Assembly (NCBI GenBank): GCA_048939765.1
Contig: JBHLPF010000011.1
Coordinates: 14,896-78,895 of the forward strand
From: Promethearchaeota archaeon
Lineage (GTDB): Archaea > Asgardarchaeota > Thorarchaeia > Thorarchaeales > Thorarchaeaceae
Direction of reading: 5' to 3'
Length of the DNA: 64,000 nt
Positions 18,382-28,310 of the stretch are shown here, in pieces; the first letter of the stretch is position 1, and every line of letters starts with the position of its first letter. Below the pieces are notes generated by a model. It was not told the origin of the DNA, searched no databases, and worked only from the letters and a program-made list of their open reading frames with translations. The translations under genes were made by a program, and so were the position numbers.

Positions 18382-21300
18382 CTATTCTGTTGTTGGTACC
18401 GCATCAATTCGCGGGTAAAGATCTGTAAACACGCGCATCGCACCATCATAGGTCTCCTCTGTTATCTCATGATGGGAGAACCGCGCTTCTTCGTAAGCCT
18501 GAAGCAGCTCATTCACAGAAGAGCTGTCCAATGGAATCTCCTTAAGAATTCGTGTTACGTAGTCCCTCGCTGTTTCTGAATAACGTCGAGGCTGCCCAGT
18601 CTTGGAGGCACACATGTCCTCAAATGTGTGATAAGTCAGCGATATGGCAGCGGCGTATTTGCCAGCGTCTGCAAGCCTCTTGATGCTCCTCAACTTGCTA
18701 GCCAGGTCTCTTGCCACTGAAACGAATGCACCTTTGCCAAAGCCTCTAACAAAGTATAGGTATAGCAGAAGGACTGCAACGGCAGCACCTATCACGGCCA
18801 AAGGGAGAAGCAGATCCAAGGCATTTGGAAATCCAATGCCAGGGGGCTGTATACGAATTTGGAATGTTTCTGATGCCTCATCTGGGACACCACTATCGAG
18901 GGATGTCAGTGTCACAAAGACGTCAATAGTAGCCTCTTGGTCAATCCCTGTCTGAATCATTTCGATTACGCCGCTTGACTGAGTGCTGACTAGATGCTCA
19001 GTTCCATTTACATTGATTATTGCATTTCGTATTCGAATAGGAATCCCAAGATCATCTCTAAATGCCACAACGATTGAAAAATCAGTTGCTAGATTGACCA
19101 GCCGTGGAGTGCCTTCAAAATCGAAATCAACAGCAGTGAAGATGTGGATGTTGCTGGGCGGGATACCAGTCGAACCTAGGACGTAGTTCGCATCATTGCC
19201 ATAGCATTCGACAACTAGCTGATATAGACCACTTGTCGTCCAATCAGATGGAATTGTTATGGGAATGTCGTTCCAATCACCCGGGGCCATCCCTCTTTGG
19301 AAGAGGAATGTGGTGTTGAGATAGACCCTGATGGTCGTTGTCTCCTCTAGCAAGTCATCATCATCAATGAGTTGAGCGCTAAATGTGAATGGTTCACCTG
19401 GCTGGTAGTCTACAAGTTGGGGGATGGTAACAATGGTTGTAGAACTTATGTACATCTCGAGTAGCCATGAGTCTGCTGGACCAGAGAGCATATAGTAAGA
19501 CCCAGGCTGCACGTCAAGTGTAACGTAGAACAATCCACGTGGATGATCATCCGGAAATGTGTAATCTACACTAAAGATACCAATCCCATTTGAGGCATCA
19601 CTCCCGGCCCAGATTCCATCATCGAAAACATCAATGAGAACACCAGCTACACCACCACCACCGTTGGAAACGGTTCCAGAAATAGTGATCTGGTCACCTC
19701 TAGCAAATTGTGGTCCTGGTACCGAGCCTAAACTAAGAGTGACTAGGTCCCAAATCTTGACTATTTCAGGTGTTGTTGAGGCCGCCTGAAATGCTGCGTT
19801 TGGTCTAACAAATTGGACATAGTACCCACTATCTCCAACATCATGCCCCCAGCCTATGTCGTGGATGTATGCAAATGCTCCGCCCAGATCCGTAATGGTT
19901 ATGGTCGCCACTGTCCAATCTCCAGTGTTATTCACCCAATGAATTGCAACTTGATAACCCACCATTGGTGTCCCATTAGTGAAGGCAAGAGAGCCAGATA
20001 TTGTGCCAGAACTCCCTCGGAATATCGTGTAGGTGTCAATAGTTGCCGTCAGATCCACTGTATACTGTAAGAAGTCGACTAATGAGGGCGGAGTCGTGTA
20101 GCCTGCAACCCAATTCATCGGAGAGAGAAATTGAACCCTGATTTGGTGTGTGCCTGGAGTGGCTGATTCTGGGATTGGCCAATTGAACGAGAATGAGCCA
20201 TTTGATGCAGTGAAGGTATTGCCAACCGGGGCGCCATCAACGAGAATGTTAAGGGAAACGCCTCCAATCGCATACGGACCAACTACGTAGGTCAATTGGC
20301 CGGTGATTGGTATCGTCTGTAGAATATAGTAACTGGCAGCACCAGTGCTAAACCCGGAGATCACCGTCCGCCATTGCCAAAGAGTGAGAGTTTCGTGGGA
20401 TGACTCTCCAGGCAACAGCAAAAATGACCCATCATAATACACATAGACCTCTATTCCAGTTCTAATAGTGTCCATAGACATTCTGGAATAAACAAGCACG
20501 GCCCACCCGCTTGCATTTGTCTGAATCGGTACGCTATCAAGGCGTCCTAGTGTTCCATTGAACCAGTAGAATCTGATAGCCGCTCCGCTAATGTTGGTGC
20601 CATTGATAGTGAAATACAGGTGGGCGGAGATTGTTAGTGTTTCATTCTGGTAGATTGGATTTGATGACAAGAACATGTCTAAGGTGACCTGATATCGCAG
20701 AGCCGTCACTTGCATGGCGCCTGTTACTGCATCAGCATTAAGAGGACTTGTGCTGTTGTAGACACATAAGAAGTAGTAATCTCCCTCGGAGTCCGGCGGG
20801 ACCATAAAAAAGTGTGTGTATGAGAAATATCCCGTGGCATCGGTTGTATCACTTCCAATGTAGCTCCAAGGTCCGACTGCGCTTCCAGAGATATAGACAT
20901 CCACCACCTCTCCAACAAGGGGCGGAGCTCCTCCCAAATACGTAAGCCAGCCATCGATGAATACTCCCTGATCAAGGTATACAAAGCCAGGCGCAAACGC
21001 GTTCAGCTCCAGCTGATACAGCTCAACATTGGCTGACTGACTTCCTGAGTTTGCGTCAGACCAAAGAGGATCAGTACTCGTATACTCGCTCCAAATCATA
21101 ATACCGCCAAGAAGATCAGCCAGTGTGAAGTTGTATTGGAAACTGAACCAACCAGACCCGTCCGTGAACTTAGGCCAAGTACGTTCTCCGTTGCCATCTA
21201 CAAAATGAATGATGACTGTGGCTCCAGGAATCGGGTTTCCATTGTGCGGAAACGTGAGCTGACCTGAATAGTATAGCACCTCATCCAAGTGGTAGGTCCC

Positions 21301-24300
21301 ATTGATTGCCATAGCCGTGATGTCTGTCTGGTAAAGCTGCGTAGTGATATCAGGCATAAGCACGGTGAATGCGGGGTCATAGAGCCCACCTCCTGCATAA
21401 TCAACACTGACTGCTATCGTGCCAACTCCATCGCTCAGTGATAGGGGGTAGGTCAGGTTGTAATATCCAGTTGAATTTGTGGTTCGAACGAATGATTGGA
21501 GGGTTCCATTGTCCCAATATATTGTGACGTCTTCACCCACGATGGGTATACCACCATCCAAAAGCTGACCAACGATGTACACTGTTTCATTGATATAATA
21601 GACTCTGAAGCCTCCAACAGTGCCCACTGTGAGAATTGTTGGACGGGTCTGAATGTCAGGATAGGCACGTGAAGATTCCGCGCTTGCAACACTGAAGTAT
21701 GGAGACTCGAATGAAGCATAGATAGTAACATTGCCTGGCTCATGCCCTGCAGGAATGACATAGTAGAACGAGTATCCACCTGTTGAGTTTGTTATTGCCC
21801 ATCCAATCTGGCGTAATCCGTCAGTCTGGTTATTCCACCATATCGAGATGTTTGCATTTGAGAATGGCCAGGGAATCTCTGAGAATGTCACTACGCCCTC
21901 AATCGCCACTGTATCCAAGATATACAGAGGATCGGGAATGGGCTCGAGTGTGATTTGAACATCCCACTTTTTGACCTCAACGCTACGAATTGGGGACTGT
22001 GAGTTGTCATAATATCCGTCAAGAGAGATGAAGTTCACCCAGAGATCAACATAGCCCTCAAAACCAGCAGGTACAGTATACGTGAACTGGTACCAGCCAC
22101 CTGCTTCAGTCACGTTTGACCCCACCTGAACTGCAGATGTGCCATCGTCCCACCAGAAATCGACTGTTCGCCCCACAAGACCGGTGCCATTCACACCGTC
22201 CAAAAGATGACCATAGATGGTGATGTTCTCTGTAATGTGGACAACTCCAGGAAATACTGTTGAGTAGGCCATGTCACTGAGATCGGTCGGTCGCAGACGG
22301 ATCTCCACTGGGATGTTATCGTTCATATTCACAATGTCAGGCGATGGTGAGCTCCATGTCACGTTTGCATCAAACCAGCCTAGTGCATGAGCCAATGGTA
22401 TTGGGAAGTCGTATTGGAAAAATCCTGTTGCATCTGTCACTCTGCTGTCGAGATAGGCGCCGTTGAAGTAGAAGTCAACAGTTTCGAAAGAGAGTATCGT
22501 ACCATCGAAGAGCTGTAAGGTCCCCTCGTAATGCAGAGTAGCCCCACGATAAGCTGGATTAGGAGTCACAACAAGATTCGAGGTCGCAGCTCCGAAGATA
22601 GTCACTGTGGAATTGTCACTTGAGCGCGCTGGGAGATATATAGGATAGTATGGCGGGAACGGGTCGTACTCACCACTGTAGCTAGACCAGAGCTCATGAG
22701 CCCCCGGGCTCATAAGTCCCATCAATGTCGCATTTGCAGGGTCGATGTACATGAGGTACCTGTAACTCCCATTTGAGAGAATTAGAGCAGAACCTAGAGT
22801 CTGATCATCCCACATGATCTGCATCCAAGGATTGTTCAACGTAGTGCCGTCAACACCATTGCCCTCCGAATCCGTCATGTTGCCCCGAATATCTAAGGTG
22901 TCATTCCAGTAGGCAATGTAGGTGTCCAATCCTTGCTTAATGTCGATGTCAATCTCTTCGCTTGGAAAGAATCCACTCTCTGGTTCAGCTGCCGCGTACC
23001 TTGGATTGGGCTGTGATACGGCATAAATGGCGGTCCAGTTCGAAACCACGTAAGTGGGACCATAATAGGTCGCAGTGATGTTGTGCATTCCGACTGAAGA
23101 TCCGGCGGGAAATGCGTAGTCGAGAGTAGCAATTCCGCTAGGCTGTATCGCTGCAGAGCCCATCACGACACTGTCTGTTCTGTCAAAGAAATCGATTGTT
23201 TCTGGTGTTGTTATTGGTACACCGTTGACAAAGATAGCCGCGTAGATCTGGAAGGGTGTTCCAATAAGCTCGTACATGTCTGGAAACAGGCTGGATGCTA
23301 GTAAAAGCTGGACGTTTCCCTGCCCTGTGTTTGGAACGCCACCAGTGCCAGGCAAAGGTAGAGGAATGACTTGAATCCACTCACCTCCGTTTGGATGGCC
23401 TGACATGGGAATGAAGACCTCTGCCCAGAACAGCATATGCCGGACTTGGATTTCACGGTAGCCACCCATTGAATTGCCCACAGCATATCCGAGAGTTGGC
23501 CGAGCAGGAACGCCAAGATATCGCATAAAGACGCAGTAGGCGGTCACGAAGTCCATTGGCAGACCACCCCCTCGTTCCAAGAACCAGTCAGTGACTTCTT
23601 GACTACCTGGACGATTAGTGTAGTCATCAAGTATGAGCGAGAAGTTGCTGCGGAAGAACTGCTCTACTTGAACTGCAGTTTGGTACGCATTACCCGCACC
23701 GATGAACTGTGATGCATTCCCTACCACGTTGGCACTCAGGGTGACACCCACAGGAGAATACAGATTCCAGATATCTGGAGGAGCCTGGTCACCATCGAGG
23801 GCACTGCTTTGAACCGTGATGAGGTCTTGGTTGTCGTACGTGACTTCATAGCTGAGAAGAATGTCTTCTCCACTGCCTTCAAAGAACGGATTCAAGAGGG
23901 CTGTACCATATTCGTCAGTGGATATATCGTAGCTTGTCAATTTGCTTGGACTATGGGCCTGATAGACACCAGACTGGTCGATATAGCCGGTCTCAAATGA
24001 CCCTCGAATAATCTTCATGTTCGGAAACAAAGTGGGAATCTCAAGGGGCTCAGTGGCAGGCCCAGTCGTGACATTGAGATAGACCCGGTATATCTCATTA
24101 GTGGCTTCCGATGAGTCGATATTCCCATCGCCCACTGACCACTGTGTGGTGTCTGTCTTAGCCCAACTGGAGCCATCGTATTCATCATATGCTGTGCTAC
24201 GCCATAATTGAGGCGGGTCCTCTGGCGCCACGTAGAACAAAACATTGTCTAGCTGATCAAGAATGTCGTCAGGGAATGTTTCGTTGAGGGGAGCGTACGT

Positions 24301-24516
24301 ATAGTTCCACCAGTCCGTCTGACCACCTGCCCAAGGTATATCATAGCCAAAGTGTGGTGCCTCATCATACTCTATGTGTGGGTCATAGTCACGAACCAAT
24401 CCCAGACTGACTAAGGCAAAGGACCAACCTGCCCAAACTATCATAGCCACTAGAATAAGAGAGCTGATTACAGTCATTGCTCCCATTCTGCGCTGGTCTG
24501 TGGTCTTGGCGGCCAA
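18382..24516 (-). CDS. Giant surface protein: N-terminal TM, inactive transglutaminase-like domain, about a dozen Ig-like repeats, TM, cytoplasmic DUF4129
   Basis: WRSTAYDEYDGSSW (TgpA-like), RYLGVPAR..GY, WAEVF; repeated G.L...G....V.....T...G.F.Y units; YEEARFS at C-terminus. Confidence 0.85.
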   Translation of the reverse strand: MAAKTTDQRRMGAMTVISSLILVAMIVWAGWSFALVSLGLVRDYDPHIEYDEAPHFGYDIPWAGGQTDWWNYTYAPLNETFPDDILDQLDNVLFYVAPEDPPQLWRSTAYDEYDGSSWAKTDTTQWSVGDGNIDSSEATNEIYRVYLNVTTGPATEPLEIPTLFPNMKIIRGSFETGYIDQSGVYQAHSPSKLTSYDISTDEYGTALLNPFFEGSGEDILLSYEVTYDNQDLITVQSSALDGDQAPPDIWNLYSPVGVTLSANVVGNASQFIGAGNAYQTAVQVEQFFRSNFSLILDDYTNRPGSQEVTDWFLERGGGLPMDFVTAYCVFMRYLGVPARPTLGYAVGNSMGGYREIQVRHMLFWAEVFIPMSGHPNGGEWIQVIPLPLPGTGGVPNTGQGNVQLLLASSLFPDMYELIGTPFQIYAAIFVNGVPITTPETIDFFDRTDSVVMGSAAIQPSGIATLDYAFPAGSSVGMHNITATYYGPTYVVSNWTAIYAVSQPNPRYAAAEPESGFFPSEEIDIDIKQGLDTYIAYWNDTLDIRGNMTDSEGNGVDGTTLNNPWMQIMWDDQTLGSALILSNGSYRYLMYIDPANATLMGLMSPGAHELWSSYSGEYDPFPPYYPIYLPARSSDNSTVTIFGAATSNLVVTPNPAYRGATLHYEGTLQLFDGTILSFETVDFYFNGAYLDSRVTDATGFFQYDFPIPLAHALGWFDANVTWSSPSPDIVNMNDNIPVEIRLRPTDLSDMAYSTVFPGVVHITENITIYGHLLDGVNGTGLVGRTVDFWWDDGTSAVQVGSNVTEAGGWYQFTYTVPAGFEGYVDLWVNFISLDGYYDNSQSPIRSVEVKKWDVQITLEPIPDPLYILDTVAIEGVVTFSEIPWPFSNANISIWWNNQTDGLRQIGWAITNSTGGYSFYYVIPAGHEPGNVTIYASFESPYFSVASAESSRAYPDIQTRPTILTVGTVGGFRVYYINETVYIVGQLLDGGIPIVGEDVTIYWDNGTLQSFVRTTNSTGYYNLTYPLSLSDGVGTIAVSVDYAGGGLYDPAFTVLMPDITTQLYQTDITAMAINGTYHLDEVLYYSGQLTFPHNGNPIPGATVIIHFVDGNGERTWPKFTDGSGWFSFQYNFTLADLLGGIMIWSEYTSTDPLWSDANSGSQSANVELYQLELNAFAPGFVYLDQGVFIDGWLTYLGGAPPLVGEVVDVYISGSAVGPWSYIGSDTTDATGYFSYTHFFMVPPDSEGDYYFLCVYNSTSPLNADAVTGAMQVTALRYQVTLDMFLSSNPIYQNETLTISAHLYFTINGTNISGAAIRFYWFNGTLGRLDSVPIQTNASGWAVLVYSRMSMDTIRTGIEVYVYYDGSFLLLPGESSHETLTLWQWRTVISGFSTGAASYYILQTIPITGQLTYVVGPYAIGGVSLNILVDGAPVGNTFTASNGSFSFNWPIPESATPGTHQIRVQFLSPMNWVAGYTTPPSLVDFLQYTVDLTATIDTYTIFRGSSGTISGSLAFTNGTPMVGYQVAIHWVNNTGDWTVATITITDLGGAFAYIHDIGWGHDVGDSGYYVQFVRPNAAFQAASTTPEIVKIWDLVTLSLGSVPGPQFARGDQITISGTVSNGGGGVAGVLIDVFDDGIWAGSDASNGIGIFSVDYTFPDDHPRGLFYVTLDVQPGSYYMLSGPADSWLLEMYISSTTIVTIPQLVDYQPGEPFTFSAQLIDDDDLLEETTTIRVYLNTTFLFQRGMAPGDWNDIPITIPSDWTTSGLYQLVVECYGNDANYVLGSTGIPPSNIHIFTAVDFDFEGTPRLVNLATDFSIVVAFRDDLGIPIRIRNAIINVNGTEHLVSTQSSGVIEMIQTGIDQEATIDVFVTLTSLDSGVPDEASETFQIRIQPPGIGFPNALDLLLPLAVIGAAVAVLLLYLYFVRGFGKGAFVSVARDLASKLRSIKRLADAGKYAAAISLTYHTFEDMCASKTGQPRRYSETARDYVTRILKEIPLDSSSVNELLQAYEEARFSHHEITEETYDGAMRVFTDLYPRIDAVPTTE

Positions 24517-24715
24517 ATGATTATACCTCTTCTATATGAGCTGCAACTCCAAACTCGCATTAGGTGGTGAGCTTTGTACTACCCCAAACCGTCCGGTTCA
24601 AACAATTAAAGGGTTTCTTGGGTCTTATGGCTCTCCTATAAATCGAAAGGCAACCAAACACCAATATGTAGCTGGAAACACCGATTAAATACCTCAAGCT
24701 TAGGACCTATGTCAG

Positions 24716-25306
24716 ATGTCGTACATTGAGAGAATTGACTCATTTGTAAGACAAGAAATGACCCGCTCTGATGCAGGTGCACATGCATATGATCATGTGA
24801 AGAGAGTGTTTTCACTCGCGATGAGAATTGGAACAATACTGAAAGCAAATCTGAGAGTCCTTGGAGCAGCAGCTCTCCTGCATGATGTGGGGCGCGCAAA
24901 GGAGGGTGAAACAGGAGTGTCTCATTCAATCGTTTCGGGTGAAATGAGCGTTGAGATTCTGGAAGAAGTAGGATTCACTCAGGACGAGATACAGAGTGTC
25001 AGAGATGTCATCAGAACTCATAGATTCAGTGAAGGCCTCACTCCCACATCTCTGGAGGGCGAGATTCTTAGTGATGCCGACAAGCTGGATGCGCTAGGAG
25101 CCATTGGAGTTTTTCGAGCTATTGCGCAAGCGGCAACAACCGGTGTAGGCGCAGAGGGATTCCTAAGACATGCGGACAAGAAACTGCTGAAGCTATATCA
25201 GATGATGCACACCAAAGAGGGGAAGAGGCTTGCAAAAGGCCGCCATTCAATTCTCAGTGATTTTGTGGCAGAATTGCGAAGAGAGATTGACAATGTTGAA
25301 TCATAG
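24716..25306 (+). CDS. HD-domain phosphohydrolase
   Basis: AHAYDHVKRV, AALLHDVGR, H.F, DADKLDALGAIG. Confidence 0.92.
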   Translation: MSYIERIDSFVRQEMTRSDAGAHAYDHVKRVFSLAMRIGTILKANLRVLGAAALLHDVGRAKEGETGVSHSIVSGEMSVEILEEVGFTQDEIQSVRDVIRTHRFSEGLTPTSLEGEILSDADKLDALGAIGVFRAIAQAATTGVGAEGFLRHADKKLLKLYQMMHTKEGKRLAKGRHSILSDFVAELRREIDNVES

Positions 25307-25891
25307 ATGCTTCTTTCCTAGATACATCTCGAGATATGAATCGCGGACGGACTCCTCTGGTCTTAGGCCAAGTTCTCTGACCACTTCAAAGATGTCCTCT
25401 CTTGCAGAGGGAATCTGGTCCTCATGCTCCACAACACGCTCAAGCTCTAGGAATATTCCAATATCGACCACGTCATCTATGCTGATTGTGATATCACGTA
25501 TAGCATAGAATGACCGTATCTTGGTGACCTCCGCAATAGCTTTGAACCCAAGCTGAGCTAGTATCAGCCCCGCCTCTCTGGAATCGTCGAGCCCCACTGA
25601 TAGCTCAACTCTGGTCTTTGAGAGAGGGTCGACTTTCGGGCCTTTGTATGTCATCTCCTTTAGAGGCCTATCATCCGACATCGCCTGACTATCATCTGAA
25701 TGTGGCTGTCGACTCCTGATTCGTATTGCCTCATCAGTTTCTGGAAAAGACCTGCATGGATGATCGAAGTATGCATCGACTTGTGTTTCCGTACTGAGCT
25801 TTCGCGCACCAATCTCAAGAAGAGCTGCCCCGAGTCGCTCTGTTTCTTCTAGGGGGATCTTCACTTCGACCTCGAATCTACTCACGCTCAT
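25301..25891 (-). CDS. cyaB: CYTH domain / class IV adenylate cyclase-like (CyaB)
   Basis: EVEVK, QVDAYF, TYKGPK, FLELE and SYLEM motifs. Confidence 0.9.
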   Translation of the reverse strand: MSVSRFEVEVKIPLEETERLGAALLEIGARKLSTETQVDAYFDHPCRSFPETDEAIRIRSRQPHSDDSQAMSDDRPLKEMTYKGPKVDPLSKTRVELSVGLDDSREAGLILAQLGFKAIAEVTKIRSFYAIRDITISIDDVVDIGIFLELERVVEHEDQIPSAREDIFEVVRELGLRPEESVRDSYLEMYLGKKHL

Positions 25892-25995
25892 TATGTCTCA
25901 ATATCTGCATCAGCATATCTCCGAGTTAGGTGTTTCTCCTCGCTTTCGTATTCGCAGGATTTGCCACAACCCACATAACGGGAGAGAGATTCCTC

Positions 25996-27264
25996 ATGAG
26001 TGGGTTGCCACCCATGTTGAGTGTCGTGAAATACAAGTGTGCAAGGTGCGGCAAGGAATACAACGATGATAATGTCCCACCCAACGATGGATGTGGCGGT
26101 AGAATCGACATCACCTTTGATCTAGAGGCGGTCAAGGATTCCTTCTCGAAATCCCATTTGGAGAAAACAAGAGGAGGCCTCTGGAAGTACTTCGATCTGA
26201 TGCCTCTCAGAAAGAGAGAGAGCATTGTAACACTTGGGGAAGGTGACACACCCCTTGTGCAAAGCAAAAGGCTTGGCGAAGAGATGGGACTGCAGAGTCT
26301 TTACCTCAAGCTGGAAACACTGTGTCCCTCTGGGTCTTTCAAGGACAGACCAATATGTGTAGGGGTGAGCCGCGCAGCAGAAGATGGAGCTCAGACTGTT
26401 TCTGCAGCGTCTTCTGGCAATGCCGCCGCAGCAATGTCAACATATGCGGCAAGAGCAGGACTCAGAGCTGTGGTATTTGTTCCGGAGGATGCTCCTGCAG
26501 GTAAACTCATTCATCTGAGAACATTGGGAGCCCGCGTCTTTAGGGTTCACAAAGTCGAGGAAGGCGTTGACCCAACTACCACGCTACTTAAGGCGGCCTG
26601 TAGTGAGCTGGGATGGACACCCGCTCCATCATTCGGACCGTTCAACTGTTTCCAGTTTGAGGGTACAAAGTCTCTTGGCTATGAGATTGCAGAACAGCTA
26701 TCATGGAGTCCTCCGGATTGGATTCTCTTCCCTACAGGGAGTGGAGGACTGGCAGCAGGTACAATGAAGGGGCTATGGGAGTTTCAACAGATGGGGCTCA
26801 TCGACAGACTTCCCAGACCTGTTGTGATTCAACCAGAGGGATGTGCACCCATTGTAAGAGCATTCAAGGAGAAACAAGATCCATTGAACATTATGCCCTG
26901 GGATTCCAATGAAACCATTGCGGGAGGGCTTGCCGATCCGTTTCCATGGGATGGTGATGCTGCACTTAGATACCTCAATCTAGCTGACGGAGAAGCAGTG
27001 GCAGTTGAAGACTCCCTCATTGAGAAGTATCTTGTACTCCTGGGAAAACTGGAGGGTGTGTTCGCTGAACCGAGCGGTGTCGCTGCACTGGCAGGTCTAG
27101 ACGCTCTATTGAAGGAGGGTGTTATTGATAGTTCAGACTCCGTGGTGGTGCCAATTACGGGTTCAGGGTTCAAGGACTTGGGCACTCCAGATCGATTGAC
27201 TCCAGCGGTCTCACTCATTGGGCCGAGAGTTGATGAGCTGAAGAGAGCGTTGGAAGAAGCGTGA
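25996..27264 (+). CDS. thrC: Threonine synthase
   Basis: N-terminal Zn ribbon, LGEGDTPL, PLP lysine SGSFKDR, ASSGNA, PTGSGG, EGVFAEP, ITGSGFKD. Confidence 0.9.
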   Translation: MSGLPPMLSVVKYKCARCGKEYNDDNVPPNDGCGGRIDITFDLEAVKDSFSKSHLEKTRGGLWKYFDLMPLRKRESIVTLGEGDTPLVQSKRLGEEMGLQSLYLKLETLCPSGSFKDRPICVGVSRAAEDGAQTVSAASSGNAAAAMSTYAARAGLRAVVFVPEDAPAGKLIHLRTLGARVFRVHKVEEGVDPTTTLLKAACSELGWTPAPSFGPFNCFQFEGTKSLGYEIAEQLSWSPPDWILFPTGSGGLAAGTMKGLWEFQQMGLIDRLPRPVVIQPEGCAPIVRAFKEKQDPLNIMPWDSNETIAGGLADPFPWDGDAALRYLNLADGEAVAVEDSLIEKYLVLLGKLEGVFAEPSGVAALAGLDALLKEGVIDSSDSVVVPITGSGFKDLGTPDRLTPAVSLIGPRVDELKRALEEA

Positions 27265-27268
27265 TGGG

Positions 27269-28234
27269 ATGGCCAGCAAACAACTCCGTCGAAGAGCAAA
27301 GGAAATGGCAAATCAATACGGCTATCTGCCGTACATGATTGAACGCTATTTGGCATTGTGGGGCGAAGAAGAAACTATTCAGTTCATCGAGGCGTGTGAG
27401 GAGCAGATAACTACCTCTGTGAGGGTCAACACACTCAAGATTGATTCTGATTCGCTTCAAAGGCGGCTGCGGCTCAAACAGACAACACTGAGGGCTGTAG
27501 ATTGGCTAGATGAGGGCTTCTGGGCGGAATTCGACGGAGCTCCCGGGGCCCTCTTTGAGCATATGCTCGGCTACTATTACGTTCAAGGAGTGCCATCCAT
27601 GACTGTGACTAAGGTTCTAGACCCCCGACCTGGAGAAACGGTCATAGACGTGGCTGCCGCGCCAGGAGGCAAGACCACGCATATTTCTCAACTGATGGAA
27701 GACACTGGGACTGTGATTGCAATAGAGCAGGACCGTCAACGTATAAAGAGCCTGGAGAGCAACATTCAGCGTTGTGGGGTAAGCAATGCCATAGTCCTTC
27801 GGGGCGATGCTAGGAAACTCGACAAACTGAACCAAACGCCAGACAAGATTCTACTTGATTCGCCTTGTTCAGGCGAAGGCTTGATTCCTTTGGATCCCAC
27901 AAGAAAGACGAGTACATCCATGGCTGACGTTCGATTCTGCGCGACCAGGGAGGATGAGCTTCTAGAGGCTGCGGTGAACGCGTTACCTTCCGGTGGGACT
28001 ATGGTCTATTCGACGTGTTCTATTGCGCCTGAGGAGAACGAGTACATAGTTGATGACATTCTTGACAGGCATCCAGAGATGAGAGTAGTCCCGATAAAGC
28101 TCGAGTTTGGTTCTCCGGGATACTCAAGACCGTATGGAGTAGAATTGAATGACTCATTGACTCTAACAAGGAGATTCCTGCCACATCTGCATGGAACTGA
28201 GGGCTTCTTCATATGCAAGCTGGAGAAAGAATAG
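27269..28234 (+). CDS. NOL1/NOP2/Sun RNA m5C methyltransferase
   Basis: DVAAAPGGKT, DSPCSGEG, VYSTCS, EENE, GFFI. Confidence 0.95.
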   Translation: MASKQLRRRAKEMANQYGYLPYMIERYLALWGEEETIQFIEACEEQITTSVRVNTLKIDSDSLQRRLRLKQTTLRAVDWLDEGFWAEFDGAPGALFEHMLGYYYVQGVPSMTVTKVLDPRPGETVIDVAAAPGGKTTHISQLMEDTGTVIAIEQDRQRIKSLESNIQRCGVSNAIVLRGDARKLDKLNQTPDKILLDSPCSGEGLIPLDPTRKTSTSMADVRFCATREDELLEAAVNALPSGGTMVYSTCSIAPEENEYIVDDILDRHPEMRVVPIKLEFGSPGYSRPYGVELNDSLTLTRRFLPHLHGTEGFFICKLEKE

Positions 28235-28310
28235 ATTCCTTCACCTGCTATAAAGCTCTAGCTTTTTAGGAGAAAGCTCCAAGTAACCTCAGCGTTAGGT
28301 GTGGAGTGCC

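Noticed and set aside
26829-27356. Long antisense ORFs (this one, and e.g. 9899-10453, 29511-30062, 50095-50637)
   Set aside because: Shadow frames opposite well-supported genes, with no independent coding signals
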